This document shows, piece by piece, positions 25,657 to 38,579 of a stretch of 64,000 bases of DNA. The notes under the pieces were generated by a model, which ran no database searches, was not told the origin of the DNA, and saw nothing but the letters and a program-made list of their open reading frames with translations. Within the stretch, counting starts at the first letter, position 1. Each line of letters opens with the position of its first letter. Origin of the DNA: Octopus vulgaris (Eukaryota); NCBI GenBank assembly GCA_951406725.2, contig OX597816.1, positions 174,840,001 through 174,904,000 of the forward strand. The letters are read 5' to 3'. A program made the translations under genes and the position numbers.

Positions 25657-27468
25657 GTAAGAGTATGGGAACATATAGTTTCCTTTTCTATGTTTACTTT
25701 GATTTTTTTTTCCTTTTTGTTTTTGTAGTTGGAAGTGTATTTTTACTAAAACATTAGTCAAATCTGCTCAAGTTGGCAGGGTGTGGATTTACTTGCTGAT
25801 AAGTTGGCAGTTTGTATCTCATCACCAGATACTCAACTGAGATACTCAACCCTTAATGACCCAAGTCCAAACTTACTGTTATTAAAATGGATGGTGTTGA
25901 CTTTTTAATAAATTATTCTAAGAGGTAGAAGAGAAATCTAAGTTTAAGAGGGATGAAATTTTTATTGATATATTGGATGTAGCGGGAGAAAGAAAAATAA
26001 TTGTAAAGTATGACAGAGTGTTAGTTAAAAAATAATCAACAAGAATGCTTACAAATCTGAAAAATGGAAATAGGAGTCAGAGGAAGGGAAAATAATTTTA
26101 GAAGGAAAAATAATATGTAATCCTCATGAATGCGTTAAAGGGGGTATTTTTTCTGCTGCTGCATTGACTGATGCAGAAAGAAACTTAATGTTTGAAGCAT
26201 TGGGTCTGAGAAAACAAGTGAAAGAATTTACAATTAAATATCTTTGTATTGAGTGGAAATTGCTAATCCGCAGACAGATTGAGGAAGTCCGAATAAATTA
26301 GAACAACAAGTTTTCATTAACACTTGTATTCCAGGAAGGGTTCAATTATAAATGATATTTTTGAAATTTTCTCCCCATTCCAACATTGAAATGTCAAGAA
26401 GTAGGTTTAGAAAGTACTTGAGTATTTAGGAGATGCTTATAGGAGTTATTATTTAGGTCATTATTTCTCATGGAAGTGGTTGGACAAATTGCCATGTTTA
26501 TTGAAATTCAGATAATTTTTAACTTGTGTAACACCATGGCAACAAAAGAAGTATTATATGGATGCAATCTCTTATTTGTTTTCTCTTAATAAAGTGAAGA
26601 GGGGGAAATTTTCTCTGGTGGAGGGCTAGGAAGCCACTGATGTAGATAATGTCTGGTTTACCAGTGATTGGGTGAAATAAGGTTGGTGAAGATCCATTCA
26701 AAGTAGTTGGTGACCTGGAATTGACTTGGAGATCAGTATGAGTATACTATTGCAGATGGAGGGACAAGTGTGATATATAGAGGAGAAACAAGTTTCTCTC
26801 TCTTTTGAAAGTGGATATGCTTGAGAAAGGCAGTTGCAGTTTGATGGTCAGAATAAAGGAACTGAAATTTGCAGAGGATAATCTGCCAAAATTTCAGAGC
26901 AGATAATCAGCAGATAATAGAAAAGAAAACTCTATCATGAAGTGTGTGTATAGTATGATGGCTTGGTAGAGTGCTACATTGACTATTTGCTAATATTATC
27001 CATGGTTTGTAAAGAGTGGCTTTGGAGATGTTATTATTGTTTAGATCTTGATTGAACAGATTCCTGTATGAACAACTATACAGAAATCATATATTTTGTG
27101 GTTACTCATCAATCCAGTTTTGTTTTTCAGAGTATTGTATAATTTCTACTTCAGTGAATTCTATGACTATTGTAAGATGAGTAAAATCTGTGGTAAAAAT
27201 CTTTCGAGCTGGAATATCCAACTATAAAAATTGAAGTATATACCAGTTTAAAAATTGTTGAGTTATGACGGAAACAAGCATGGTGTTAGAGATGACACAT
27301 ACACTAAGAAGTTCAATATGGAATGCCATAGGTGCAGCAAGTTAACAGTAAAAAAACAAACAATCTTTAGTCATTTATTATACTCTATTTGTGCAAAAAA
27401 ATATCAACCTTGACTTGACTGCATGAACCTAAATTTTCTTAACAGATTAATTTTTTCTTCAATTTTAG

Positions 27469-27571
27469 ATTGATCCTCTGAAACGACCAACATTTGCTAA
27501 CAACGTAGAATGTTTGCTGCAGATGCGACATTTTCTAAATAATCCTGGGAATCCTGGAAAAGATAACAAAA
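27469..27571 (+). CDS. TESK: TESK-family kinase exon (end of kinase domain)
   Basis: ttttag|ATT...A|gtaaga; IDPLKRPTFANNVECLLQMRHFLNNPGNPGKDNK; 103 nt, ends phase 1. Confidence 0.9.
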
Positions 27572-28333
27572 GTAAGAGTCTGATAAGCATAACATATATT
27601 GCTTTTTTCTTTTTCATTATTTCTCATTAAATATTCAATATGGTTAAGGTAACTTTTGTTGGTGTGATTATCCTTTGTAGAGCTGGATAATCTTTCTGAT
27701 GTCAATTACACATATAGGAAGTGGTAGCTGTTTGTCAGTTTCATGAAGGAAGTTATATTGATGTTATATAAATGTGAGTGTGTATGTGCATTGTATATGT
27801 GTGTACATACACACACAATATTATGTGTAATACTTTAAAAATTGATGCTCGTAAAGTAATTGTTCAATACACACAAAGCAGGAAAAAGTAATAGCTTTTT
27901 TAATACAATTTGTATTAAGGATGCATATAATTGATGATAGTCAAATGGGTCAGAAATATTTTTCCTTCAACTTCTCTTATATATGTCTGAACTGTTGCTA
28001 GCTGCATTCTGTTGATTCAAAATATTAGAATGCTTCAGGAATTATATATTAATAACAGTTTACTCAGCTCCACATTGCATAGAGTTTCATGAGCATAGAA
28101 CACATCTAGATCATGATTTATATACATGCCAACACACGAAGCTCTTGAACCTTGAGTCACTCTGTTGCTTCTGCTAAATATTAATAAAAGTATACATATA
28201 CTCATATTTTGAGTTCTATTTGAACCCTGAATTCTTCATCCAGGACTAGGTCTATGGCTATAAGAGAAATCCAAGGTGAGCTGATATGGAGGTAGTGATG
28301 CAGATAAACACAATTAGGTTTGACATATGTATA

Positions 28334-29849
28334 CACCCAGAACCATGCTAATAACTTTAGGAGTGAAATTTAGGATTCCTCGGTTTTCTGTGAATCGATT
28401 TTGATAAAACTTTTCCCAGCTGGTTTGCACACTATGGCAACACCTTTGTTACATTTTCATTGTTCTGTGTAATGTCCTTCCTTTTTTATATCAGATTCTT
28501 CAGTTTTTGGGTGAACCACACTAATGGCTTTTAAATGAAAATAGCCGATCTAGACATTTTTTTATTTTTTCAGAAAATGTAGGGTAATATGTATCATTGA
28601 GTTCTATATTTAACAGAAAACCATGATAATATTATAACATTTATTGGCATAATGAATTATTTAGCCACATGAGCACCATTTTGATGGATAACTTCAAAAA
28701 CCCTATTAGATATGGAATCTGTCAATTCTGTAATACTAGTAAGTTGGACTGCCTCTGCTGCAGCTTGGATGATCACCCATAAGACATCTTTCGGTGTAAA
28801 TTGGTGTCCATTGGTATAAACATCTTGTTTAATGATAGACCAAAGATTTTTGATAGGGTTGAGGTCTTGAGAAGCTGGTGGCCACACCATCAACCTTTCA
28901 CTTTGTATGCCATAAGACCCTAGTAATGTTTGGGTGGTCCTTGCAGAGTGGGAGGGAGCATTATTGTGCATGAATATGATATTCCTTAGAAGTGACAGCA
29001 GTATGTCATCTAACCAGATTCAAGACCTTCTTCAGGAGATTGCAGTAGGCGGCTGCAGCCACTTTAACCCTTTCAGACACCCTGACTGAGCCAACAAGTC
29101 TGTCCCCAATGATACCAGCCCACAACATGACTCCTCCACCCTGTTGTTGACATTGTAAATGTTGGTGACACTCATCTCCAAAATAGACCCAAACATCAAG
29201 CCTATCAAGGGTTGCCCTGCTTTCTTCAGTGAACAGAACACAACTCATGTCTAACGTCATGTACTTTGGACCCATTGAAGTCCCAACTCCTGTGACTGGG
29301 TGTTAAGGAGGCAATTTCAGGGGTTCTCACATGGAAACCATTGTCCCGAGGATGCAATTTCTGGTGGTTTTCAGTACATGAGAAAGTCCAGAGGGTGTGA
29401 AAATGGCTTTTTCTTCTTTTTCCAGGTTTCCCACATAACTTGTGGCCAATATTCCTTTAAACCCTTACTGTCACAGTCTTGGAGGTACTACAATTGGATC
29501 GTTTCTTCCTTAGTGAAGGAATCATCTGACTGTGTCCATATGACAACCTAACTTCTCTGCAATGACATGAAGAGAGGTGTCTTTAGGACCTATGTTGATG
29601 ATGACAGACTTTTCTTCTTTGTTAAGGCCTTTTTCTATGTCTCACTGTTCTTACAGAGGAGAGACGCTATTAATGTGGTTCACCCAAAAACTGAAAAATC
29701 TGAAATAAAAAAGAAAGGATGTTACACAGAATAATGAAAACATAACAATAAGAGTGCAAACAAGCTGGGAAAAGTTTCATCAAAATTGATTGACAGAAAA
29801 CAGAGAAATCCTAAATTTCACTCCTAAGCTATTAGCGTGGTTCTGAGTG
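28334..29849 (-). mobile_element. Tc1-like transposon with ~190-bp TIRs, decayed
   Basis: TA-flanked long inverted repeats; LFTEESRATLD, GGGVMLWAGI, HNNAPSH, WPPASQDLNPIKNLW. Confidence 0.9.
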
Positions 29850-29894
29850 TATACATATATATGTACATTCAGAAAGAAAAACACACTTTTTTTT

Positions 29895-30301
29895 CTTTTA
29901 TCTTGTTTTAGTCATTAGACTGTGGCCATACTGGAGCACTGCTTTGGTAGAATTGTAGTTGGACTTATTGATCCCAGTACTTATTTTTTTGTAAAGTCTG
30001 GTATTTATTATATCAGCTTCTCTTGCTGAACTGCTAAGTTACAGAGACATAAACATGCCAATACTGGTTGTCAAGCGGTGGTGGGTGAGAAACGCATACA
30101 CAAAGACAGACATATAAAGATATATACACGTATGTACAATGGGCTATTTTCAATTTCTGTCTACCAAATCCACTCACAAGGTTTGGTCAACTCTAGGCTA
30201 TAGTTGAAGACACTTGCCCAAGGTGCCATGCAGTGGGACTGAACCCGGACTCATGTAGTTGGGAAGCAAACTTCTTACCATACAGCCATCCCTGCACCTA
30301 T
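29895..30301 (-). mobile_element. tRNA-derived SINE family A (diverged)
   Basis: Aligns by eye to 50857-51273. Confidence 0.8.
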
Positions 30302-30393
30302 AATATATATATAAATACAGAATACTAAAAAGAGAGTACAAAATTTTTAACTCAATAGCTGTTTCAGGGAGCTTGGAGCTAAATAATAACCAT

Positions 30394-30773
30394 ATAGGAG
30401 CAGGAGTGGTTGTGTAATAGGAAGCTTGCTTCCCAACCACATGGTTCCGGGTTCAGTCCCACTGCGTGGCACCTTGGGCAAATGTCTTCTACTATAGCCT
30501 CTGGATTTGGTAGATGGAAACTGAAAGAAGCCCGTCCTATATATATATATATGTATGTATGTATGTATTTGTGTGTCTGTGTTTGTCCCCCGCCATTGCG
30601 TGACAACCGATTTTGGTGTGTTTACATCCCCATAACTTAGTGGTTCGGCAAGTGATCAATAGAATAAGTACTAGGCTTATAAAGAATAAGTCCCGGGGTT
30701 GATTTGTTCGACGAAAAGGCTGTGCTCCAGTATGGCTGCAGTCAAATGACTGAAATAAGTAAAAGAATAAAAG
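30394..30773 (+). mobile_element. tRNA-derived SINE family A
   Basis: Aligns by eye to 18031-18413. Confidence 0.82.
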
Positions 30774-31152
30774 GAATAATGTTCATAATTTGCCAATAGA
30801 ATGTGAAAAAGTCTTGGGTATGCAACCAGTAAACAGTCACACTTAGATATTAGAAAAGGTTTGAGTTTTATTTAACATACCACAACCAACACACATACTT
30901 GTCACTTTGGATAATAATGAAAGATTGACTGCAAGATAAGATCCTTCTGCTTGCTTCAGTCATCTTAGCTGAAAAATAGGTGCTATCCATTTTAATGGTT
31001 TAGTAGTTTAGTGCTATGAAATTCTATCTATAAAACACCAATCCTAATTGCTACCAGTGTATGAAATTATTGATTAGTAACTAAGAAATAAATGCAAAAA
31101 TAAAAAAATTTTTTAAATGCCATTGTTAAATTTTGTAAAATCTATATTGCAG

Positions 31153-32117
31153 ATTCTAAAACATCTTGCAAGAGATCTCGATCAGAAGACAATATCTTAG
31201 ATTCTTGCAATTGGTCTTCAATGGATGATGATCCTACAATGACTGCTAAAGTCATTGGTCAAACTATGAGTGAAGCTGATCCATTTTACATCCCTGCTCG
31301 TTCAAACCCATTTACTATGTTAAACAAATTTTGTGATGGTAAGAAAGTTCTAGGAGTTCACAGAGACATGAATTTATCATTTGACCTGCCATCACCATCT
31401 TCACCGTTCACACCTCCCTGTACACCAATAACTCCAGACTGTTATCCTCGCAACAAACGTCCATTAGCAAGACGCAAGTGTCAGTCATTGCCTGGATCTC
31501 CAGTGCTTCTTCGTCAGGCCGCAGAACGTTTTCATCAAGAGTCCATACATGGAAGCACATCTCAACAACGTAACATTGACTTTCCTTTAGACATTTTATC
31601 CAATCTGGGTGAGTTTTTTTGTAATACACATATGAATCGCTTTACTGCCAACAAAGATGTACAGGTCTCAGATCATTCTATAAAAGAGAACAATGCCAAA
31701 TCTAATAATCCAACAGAAAGTCCACAGAGCAGGGTTGCATCGCGAAGAAAAGCTTTCCGGTCAAAGCAACACAGTGTTGAGAGTTCATTGCTTTTTACTA
31801 GTTTGTGTAATGAAAAAACTGCACCAGCAACTGTATCGCTTGATAGAGCAGATCATAAATCCTCACTTTATTCTCCTGACAGTTTTGAAGATATCAGTCC
31901 ATTTCTTTCTCCAGAAGATTCCTTTGACACATGTATTTCTCCTTCAGACTCCTTTTCTAATTTGACTGAATCAAAGACAAGTGATACGTCACCTCTTTGC
32001 CGTCATGAGTATCTGTATAATACTAGCCAAAGTAGCACAGAATCAACAAGTTCTGTTATAACATTAAAAGAAAACACTTCCTACAGAGCCATGAATGTTA
32101 CAACACCTGGTAAATAG
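31153..32117 (+). CDS. TESK: TESK-family kinase terminal coding exon (Pro/Ser-rich C-terminal tail)
   Basis: ttgcag|AT acceptor puts the phase-1 junction in frame with ORF 31221..32117; contains SFDLPSP and RRKCQSLPGSP; TAG stop; AATAAA hexamers downstream near 32470, 32582 and 32765. Confidence 0.85.
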
Positions 32118-33050
32118 CACCAAGGTCTATTTTCAGTTCTTGTTTCTGTTATTGTTGCCATTGTTAACAAAACACAAAGTTAGCAGGGGCTATTTTTCTT
32201 TTCCTTTATAAAATATATTTAAATTAATAACTGTTAAAATCTGAAGAAATATTTGAAATAATAATTATGGTTGAGATTACAATTATTGCCATCATTATTA
32301 TTATTATTCTAAGAAGTCATTTTTTTACTTCATTATTTTACTACTTGTTATATTTTTTAAAAATCTCTTTTTTGGTTTAAAATATATTATGACGTTTCTT
32401 GTTATAAAATATCATGTTAAAAAAAATTATATATATATATATATATTGGTGAATTTTGGCCATGTCATGAATAAACTTCTCATTAGCTGTATAGATAGCG
32501 GCACTTAGATATTTTGATTAAATTCTCTTTGGTCTTTTTACACTAATAACTTGAGGTATCTACTCAAAGTTTCAACAGAATAATAAACGAAATTCTATTG
32601 TTTTATTACCATAATACAAATAGTATTCTGAATATAAAGCAGATAAATTTTTAAATTATTTTTTACCTTTTTATTTTATTTTGGATGTTTTGGAATATCA
32701 AACACTGTAATTGTATTATTTAAATTCTACAAAGTGATTTTATGTAGGAATTGCTTAGAATTACAATAAAGGCAGTTTATTGAATAATTAAGAACAATTT
32801 CTACTGTTTCTAAAATATTTTTTAATATCTTCTTTAAAATGTCAAATATTTATCAAATACTATGCCTTGTACATAGAGTACTTCATCTAATTTATACGTA
32901 TACATATATATATATATATATATAAATATATACATGCACACATAAATACACATACTCACAGACATGCACATAATGTGTATGCATATGTTTTATGTGTAGG
33001 TGTGACTGTCTGTGAGTATGTATGTATAATTGTGTACATACATGTGTACG

Positions 33051-33054
<4 letters not shown>

Positions 33055-33116
<62 letters not shown>

Positions 33117-33142
33117 TAATGCAATACAAAGTATTGCCTTCC

Positions 33143-33182
<40 letters not shown>

Positions 33183-33211
33183 CAGTAATGCAATACAAAG
33201 TATTGCCTTCC

Positions 33212-33248
<37 letters not shown>

Positions 33249-33276
33249 AGTAATGCAATACAAAGTATTGCCTTCC

Positions 33277-33313
<37 letters not shown>

Positions 33314-33339
33314 TAATGCAATACAAAGTATTGCCTTCC

Positions 33340-33374
<35 letters not shown>

Positions 33375-33402
33375 TAATGCAATACAAAGTATTGCCTTCC
33401 AG

Positions 33403-33433
<31 letters not shown>

Positions 33434-33447
33434 TAATGTAATACAAA

Positions 33448-33481
<34 letters not shown>

Positions 33482-33569
33482 TAATGCAATACAAAGTATT
33501 GCCTTCCAGATATATATATATATATATATATATATAATGCAGTATATGCAATACAAAGTATTGCCTTCC

Positions 33570-33625
<56 letters not shown>

Positions 33626-33654
33626 CAGTAATGCAATACAAAGTATTGCCTTCC

Positions 33655-33696
<42 letters not shown>
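33055..33696. repeat. Compound tandem array, left part: 9 copies of a 32-bp palindromic unit separated by (TA)n
   Basis: Unit CAGTAATGCAATACAAAGTATTGCCTTCCAGA at about 33114, 33183, 33248, 33311, 33372, 33431 (truncated), 33479, 33540 and 33626. Confidence 0.95.
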
Positions 33697-33700
<4 letters not shown>

Positions 33701-36700
33701 CCACCCCTCAAGAAGAAGAAAACCTGAAGAAAAGGAAAGAGGTTACTTCTTCATTTATGGCCATTAAGGCTACTAACAACAGACTTGTCAATGTGTTGGC
33801 AGCCATGGCCAAGGTGGAACGTATAAGGAAGATGAAAGACTTCATCATATACAAAATAGGCCGGAAGGACTACAGGAGGATAAAATCCGAGTTCTTCCAC
33901 GACGTGGGCCCGCTGAGACTGGACATGTCTCCATATCTATACGAGGGCCTACGTCGGACTCCCCCACGAGCCAAGGAAAAAAAAATGAAGAAGAAGGCGA
34001 AACTGCCGAACAAGCCAAACTACCGATATAAGGTAAGTGATGGACTACATTTGTGTTGGTTGTTTAAATGTGCGCGGACTGGGATCAAGCGGGAAGCAAG
34101 GTCGCTTCCTTAATGATATCAGGTCGCGCAATTTGGATGTTATTGTTGCTACAGAAACCCGGTTAAAGGGGCCAAGGGATCTACTCCCACTGTTTGACGG
34201 CTACGAGAGTTTTTCTCTCCTGGCAGTCCTGCAGGCGGGAGTGGGGTGTTGGTCCTACTAAAAAGAAACCGGGTTTTTGAGAAAAAAGTTAATTTTTTCA
34301 GACCCAGAAGGTAGGCTGGTCGTCATGGATTTGACGTTCAGTAACGGTAAAGTTATCAGACTGGTTGCAATTTACGCACCCTGCAGTAATAAAGGGCAAA
34401 GTGATTATTTTCGTGATCTAGAGAACTTTCTCGGTACTTCGCATTCAATAGTTGTGCTAGGAGACTTTAACACAATTTGCAAAGCGGATGTAGATTGTGT
34501 TGGCTCGAATGATAGAAAAGGTAACCCATGCTTCCTGGAACTGCTAAGCCGCTTTGAGCTAGCAGATCCTTATAGGTTGGAATTTCCGAACGCTCCATTG
34601 TGGACATGGTCAAACAGCGACGGATCTTCCAGGACATACATAGATAGAATTCTAATTAGAAAGGTAGACAGTAAAATAGCTAAGCGTCCACAGTTTTACC
34701 CGATCAGCTACAGTGATCATAAAATGGTCACTTGTAAGCTTGACATAGATAAGGTTAGAAAGAGAGGATCCGGTTACTGGAAACTTAATACGTCCCTTTT
34801 GGCGATTAAGGAGTACAGAGACCGGATTAGGACCATAATTCAGAGGGCGCTGTCTGGTGCCATCATTAATAACAAATGGTGGTACGCCCTCAAACGAGCC
34901 ATCAAGTTTGAGTCTATTAGATATAGCATAGGAGTAGTGTCTAGAGAGGCTAGAAGGGAAACTACTCTAGTTAAGGAATTAGAGGAAGCCATGAAAACTG
35001 GCTCTGCGGCTCAGGTGGCGTCCAAGAGACTGGTGTTAAACCAGCACCTCGAGGCCAAACACATGGGCTGCATTGTCAGGGCTAGAATCCGTCATACGGG
35101 ATGTGAAGGAATCAACGCCGTGAGATGGGCCCGAGTGGTGGAAGCCCGGAATGGCAACGATGCCACGATTCGATCTTTGAAGAACCAACAAGGTGAGTTG
35201 ATAGACGAACCCGAGGAGATGTGTGAGGCCTTTCAGGAGCACTTCGCTCAGCTTTTCGGTGAGTGCGGCGGACTGGATAGGAGGAGGGCCTTTACGGACC
35301 TACTCGACGGGCTGCCGCGCTTATCGGGGCGAGATGCGGAGGGCTGTGAAGGGCCAATCACGCCTGAGGAGGTGGTGGAGGCAATGGCGGACTGCGGCGC
35401 GGGCAAGGCGCCGGGTTTGGATGGTCTACCCTACGAGTTATATAAGAATATGCCAGACTTGTTCGGGCACCTACTGGCGGAAGTCTATGCGAACTGGCAG
35501 CAGAACGGGTTGATACCCAGATCTGTGCGCCGGGGAGTGGTGACTCTCGTCAGAAAGGACCCGAGCAAGGGGGAGTGCATTGATAATTTCAGGCCCATCA
35601 CTCTGCTAAACACAGAGTTGAAGATTTTGGCCAAAGTGTTATCGAAAAGATTGGCGCGTGTCGCGGATGGTCTGATCGGGGAGGCACAGACATGTGCCGT
35701 TCCGGGCAGAACCATTCAGGATAATCTCCATCTAATGCGGTACACTATAGAGGGGTTTAATAGTGATTCTGGCAAGGGTGGGGCACTGGTCCATTTAGAC
35801 CAATCCAAAGCTTTTGATAGGGTCGACCATCGTTACCTGGTGTCTGCCCTGGCACAGTTCGGGCTGGGCCTTGGCTTCCTCAGGTGGATTATCCAAATTT
35901 ACGACAACATCGACTCGGTAGTTCGGGTGAACGGCTTCTTGTCGAAGCCGTTCAAAATCAAACGCTCGGTTCGTCAAGGGTGTCCGCTCTCCCCGCTTTT
36001 GTACGTGATGGCTCTTGAGCCATTACTGCGAAAACTGAGCGGCATCCCGAGACAGCCAGGTAATGGAAAATCAGTGTCAGCGTACGCGGACGACATCACC
36101 ATCATCGTGACCGAAATGGACCACCTATGTAAAGTAGGCAAGGCCATAGAGGATTACGAGACGGTGACAGGAGCAAAAGTTAATCGCGAAAAGTCAGTCG
36201 GCTTGCAACTCGGCACCTGGAGAGGCAAGTCGATGCCTCCTGACAGCGTCGTGGGACGTTGGACGGAGGGTCCGATTAAACTGCTAGGGGTCTGGTTCGG
36301 TCCAGACCTCCAAATAGAGAAGAATTGGGGCGAGGTAACGAGCAAGGTGACTGCAGTAGCCAAGACCTGGTCTCGGCGGTGGCTATCCTTGAAAGGGAGG
36401 GCGGAGGTGGCCAATGTGTTTATCGCATCGGTTATCATCTACCGCCTTTCCGTCGTTCCATGCCCTGATTCGTGGTTGACCAAGTTGGAAAGACAGCTCT
36501 TCTACTTCCTGTGGAAGGGCAGGAAACCACTTGTGAAACGCTCTACTTGCTGTCAACAACCGTTAAAGGGTGGGCTAGGGATGCCTTGGCTGATGATGCG
36601 CAGACATGCGCTGAGGTTAAGACATCTGTGGCTCTACCTGGATGGTGAACGGGTGTGGTCTCCGTTAGCAAAACTGATGTTTCCCAAGTTCACTAGTTTC

Positions 36701-37688
36701 GGTGGATGGGAAACCTGGTTGAATCGTAGATCGAAACTCGGTACATGGTATACGGAGTGTCGAAAGGCCCTCCTGCTATTCCGTCGCTCGGGCAACGCCT
36801 GCGGTGGGGGTTCCACCACACTCTTCTATAGAGGGTTGGTAGAGGCGGAATGTGAAGACACCTTGGGGGAAACCCTGGGTCTCGACGATAATCAGCTGGC
36901 TAGTCTGTTCCGACGTACGTTCGAGCCGAAGACTCTGGACAACTTCCAGAAGTCTCTGGCATGGCAATGCTACAGAGGAGCTCTACCTGTTCGGGATAAA
37001 CTCGCAAGGCATGGTGGCCAAGACAGTCCGATGTGTCCAAGATGCGGGCGGGATAGGGAAACCGTCCCGCACGCTATTGTTCATTGTTCGGACGTGTCTG
37101 AGGTGTGGGTTTATGCCGAACAGCTGTTGTCAAGCACACGAAGAGTACAGCTGTCGACTGAGTGTATTAAAAAAATTGACCCACCAGATTTCCTCGCGAA
37201 AGAAGGTAAGATTTGTTTTCTCGTTGTGGTAGCAATTGCGAAGGAGGTGATATGGAAGACGAGAATGAAAGGTATACGGTCAGGCAAGTTCATATCCGGC
37301 CCTGGGTTGATGAATTACTTCATCTACCACCTGAAAAGGAAGATAGGGCTGGAGAGAAAATGCCTGACTAAAAGAGTGTATGAAGAACGATGGAAGGATG
37401 TAGCACGGAAGTTGAGAATGGATGACACCACATAAATGTAGATCAAAACGAAACCAAAAGTATCAGTGGTGAGGCGGGGCTCGTGGGGTCCGAGCTGAAC
37501 CCGCCCCCACTCCACCTGTAGTGTCTTCCGGTCTGTTTTTTCTCATTCGATTTTTTATAATTTTTGCAATTTTTGTGAATTTTTGGAATTTTTAAACTCA
37601 TACTTTTGTAACCTCATTCGTGAATCTGACCCCACATCAGGTTGTATTGTCCCCTCTTTGTTGGCCCCTTGTGGGTAATAATAAAACA
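33697..37688 (+). mobile_element. Tx1/L1-clade LINE, 5'-truncated within ORF1, inserted in (TA)n
   Basis: ORF1 remnant to 34113 overlapping ORF2; ~250-bp 3' UTR; (TA)n on both sides; GC-rich relative to the flanks. Confidence 0.92.
34040..37435 (+). CDS. Tx1/L1-type ORF2 (APE endonuclease, reverse transcriptase, C-terminal CCHC finger); one pair of compensating frameshifts near the 5' end
   Basis: LNVRGL, ATET, GDFN, YIDRIL, SDH, WKLNTSLL, PGLDGLPYE, FRPITLLN, LDQSKAFDRVDH, VRQGCPLSP, AYADD, CPRC..ETVPHAIVHC. Confidence 0.9.
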
Positions 37689-37733
37689 ATATATATATAT
37701 ATACCAGTAATGCAATACAAAGTATTGCCTTCC

Positions 37734-37780
<47 letters not shown>

Positions 37781-37805
37781 AGTAATGCAATACAAAGTAT
37801 TGCCT

Positions 37806-37862
<57 letters not shown>

Positions 37863-37883
37863 GCAATACAAAGTATTGCCTTC

Positions 37884-37931
<48 letters not shown>

Positions 37932-37957
37932 TAATGCAATACAAAGTATTGCCTTCC

Positions 37958-37997
<40 letters not shown>

Positions 37998-38023
37998 TAA
38001 TGCAATACAAAGTATTGCCTTCC

Positions 38024-38068
<45 letters not shown>

Positions 38069-38097
38069 TAATGCAATACAAAGTATATGCCTTCCAG
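37689..38097. repeat. Compound tandem array, right part: 6 more palindromic units separated by (TA)n
   Basis: Units at about 37705, 37780, 37860, 37929, 37995 and 38066. Confidence 0.95.
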
Positions 38098-38579
38098 TAA
38101 AAAGTATGTTTAGTTTTTGGATTTGGTTTGAAAGATTCTTTATATGAGTTGGTGTGTTGAAGCATATTCTGTTGTGTCTGGGGAGAATCATTCTCTTTTT
38201 GTACCTTATGATTTAACACACTCTCCGGTAAAATTTCCACTCATTTACTTATTTATTTTTCTAAAATTTCTTTTGCATCTTGCAACCTTTTCAATAGTTG
38301 TTGACTCTGTCCGTTATTCAAGCTGTGTTCTTTTTGTTTGTTTGTGCGCATACACATGTATGTATGCATGCATGTAAGTGTGTGTATGTATGTGAATATG
38401 TATGTATTCAGCATATTCATGTGTTTGTGTGTTCGTATTTGTTTTTATGCATGTGTGTGTGTGTGTACCTCTGTCTCCTTGTGTGTGCATGTCTGAGTAT
38501 TTCGTGTGTGTATGGGATTTTGTGATTATGGGTGTGTCTCCATAAATACAGACACACCCACCCATACACATCAAAGACC

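Noticed and set aside
25900-27060. Possible very old LINE remnant on the minus strand
   Set aside because: Purine skew only; no recognisable protein motif.
31221-32117. Stand-alone 298-aa gene
   Set aside because: It is in frame with an upstream acceptor at 31153 and best explained as the terminal exon of the kinase.
32892-33711. Long IYIYIY ORFs here and at 37555-38240 and 40900-42600
   Set aside because: They are translations of (TA)n/(CA)n microsatellites.
33055-38097. CRISPR array (32-bp palindromic repeats at regular spacing)
   Set aside because: Spacers are pure (TA)n with no information content, there are no cas genes, and the context is eukaryotic.
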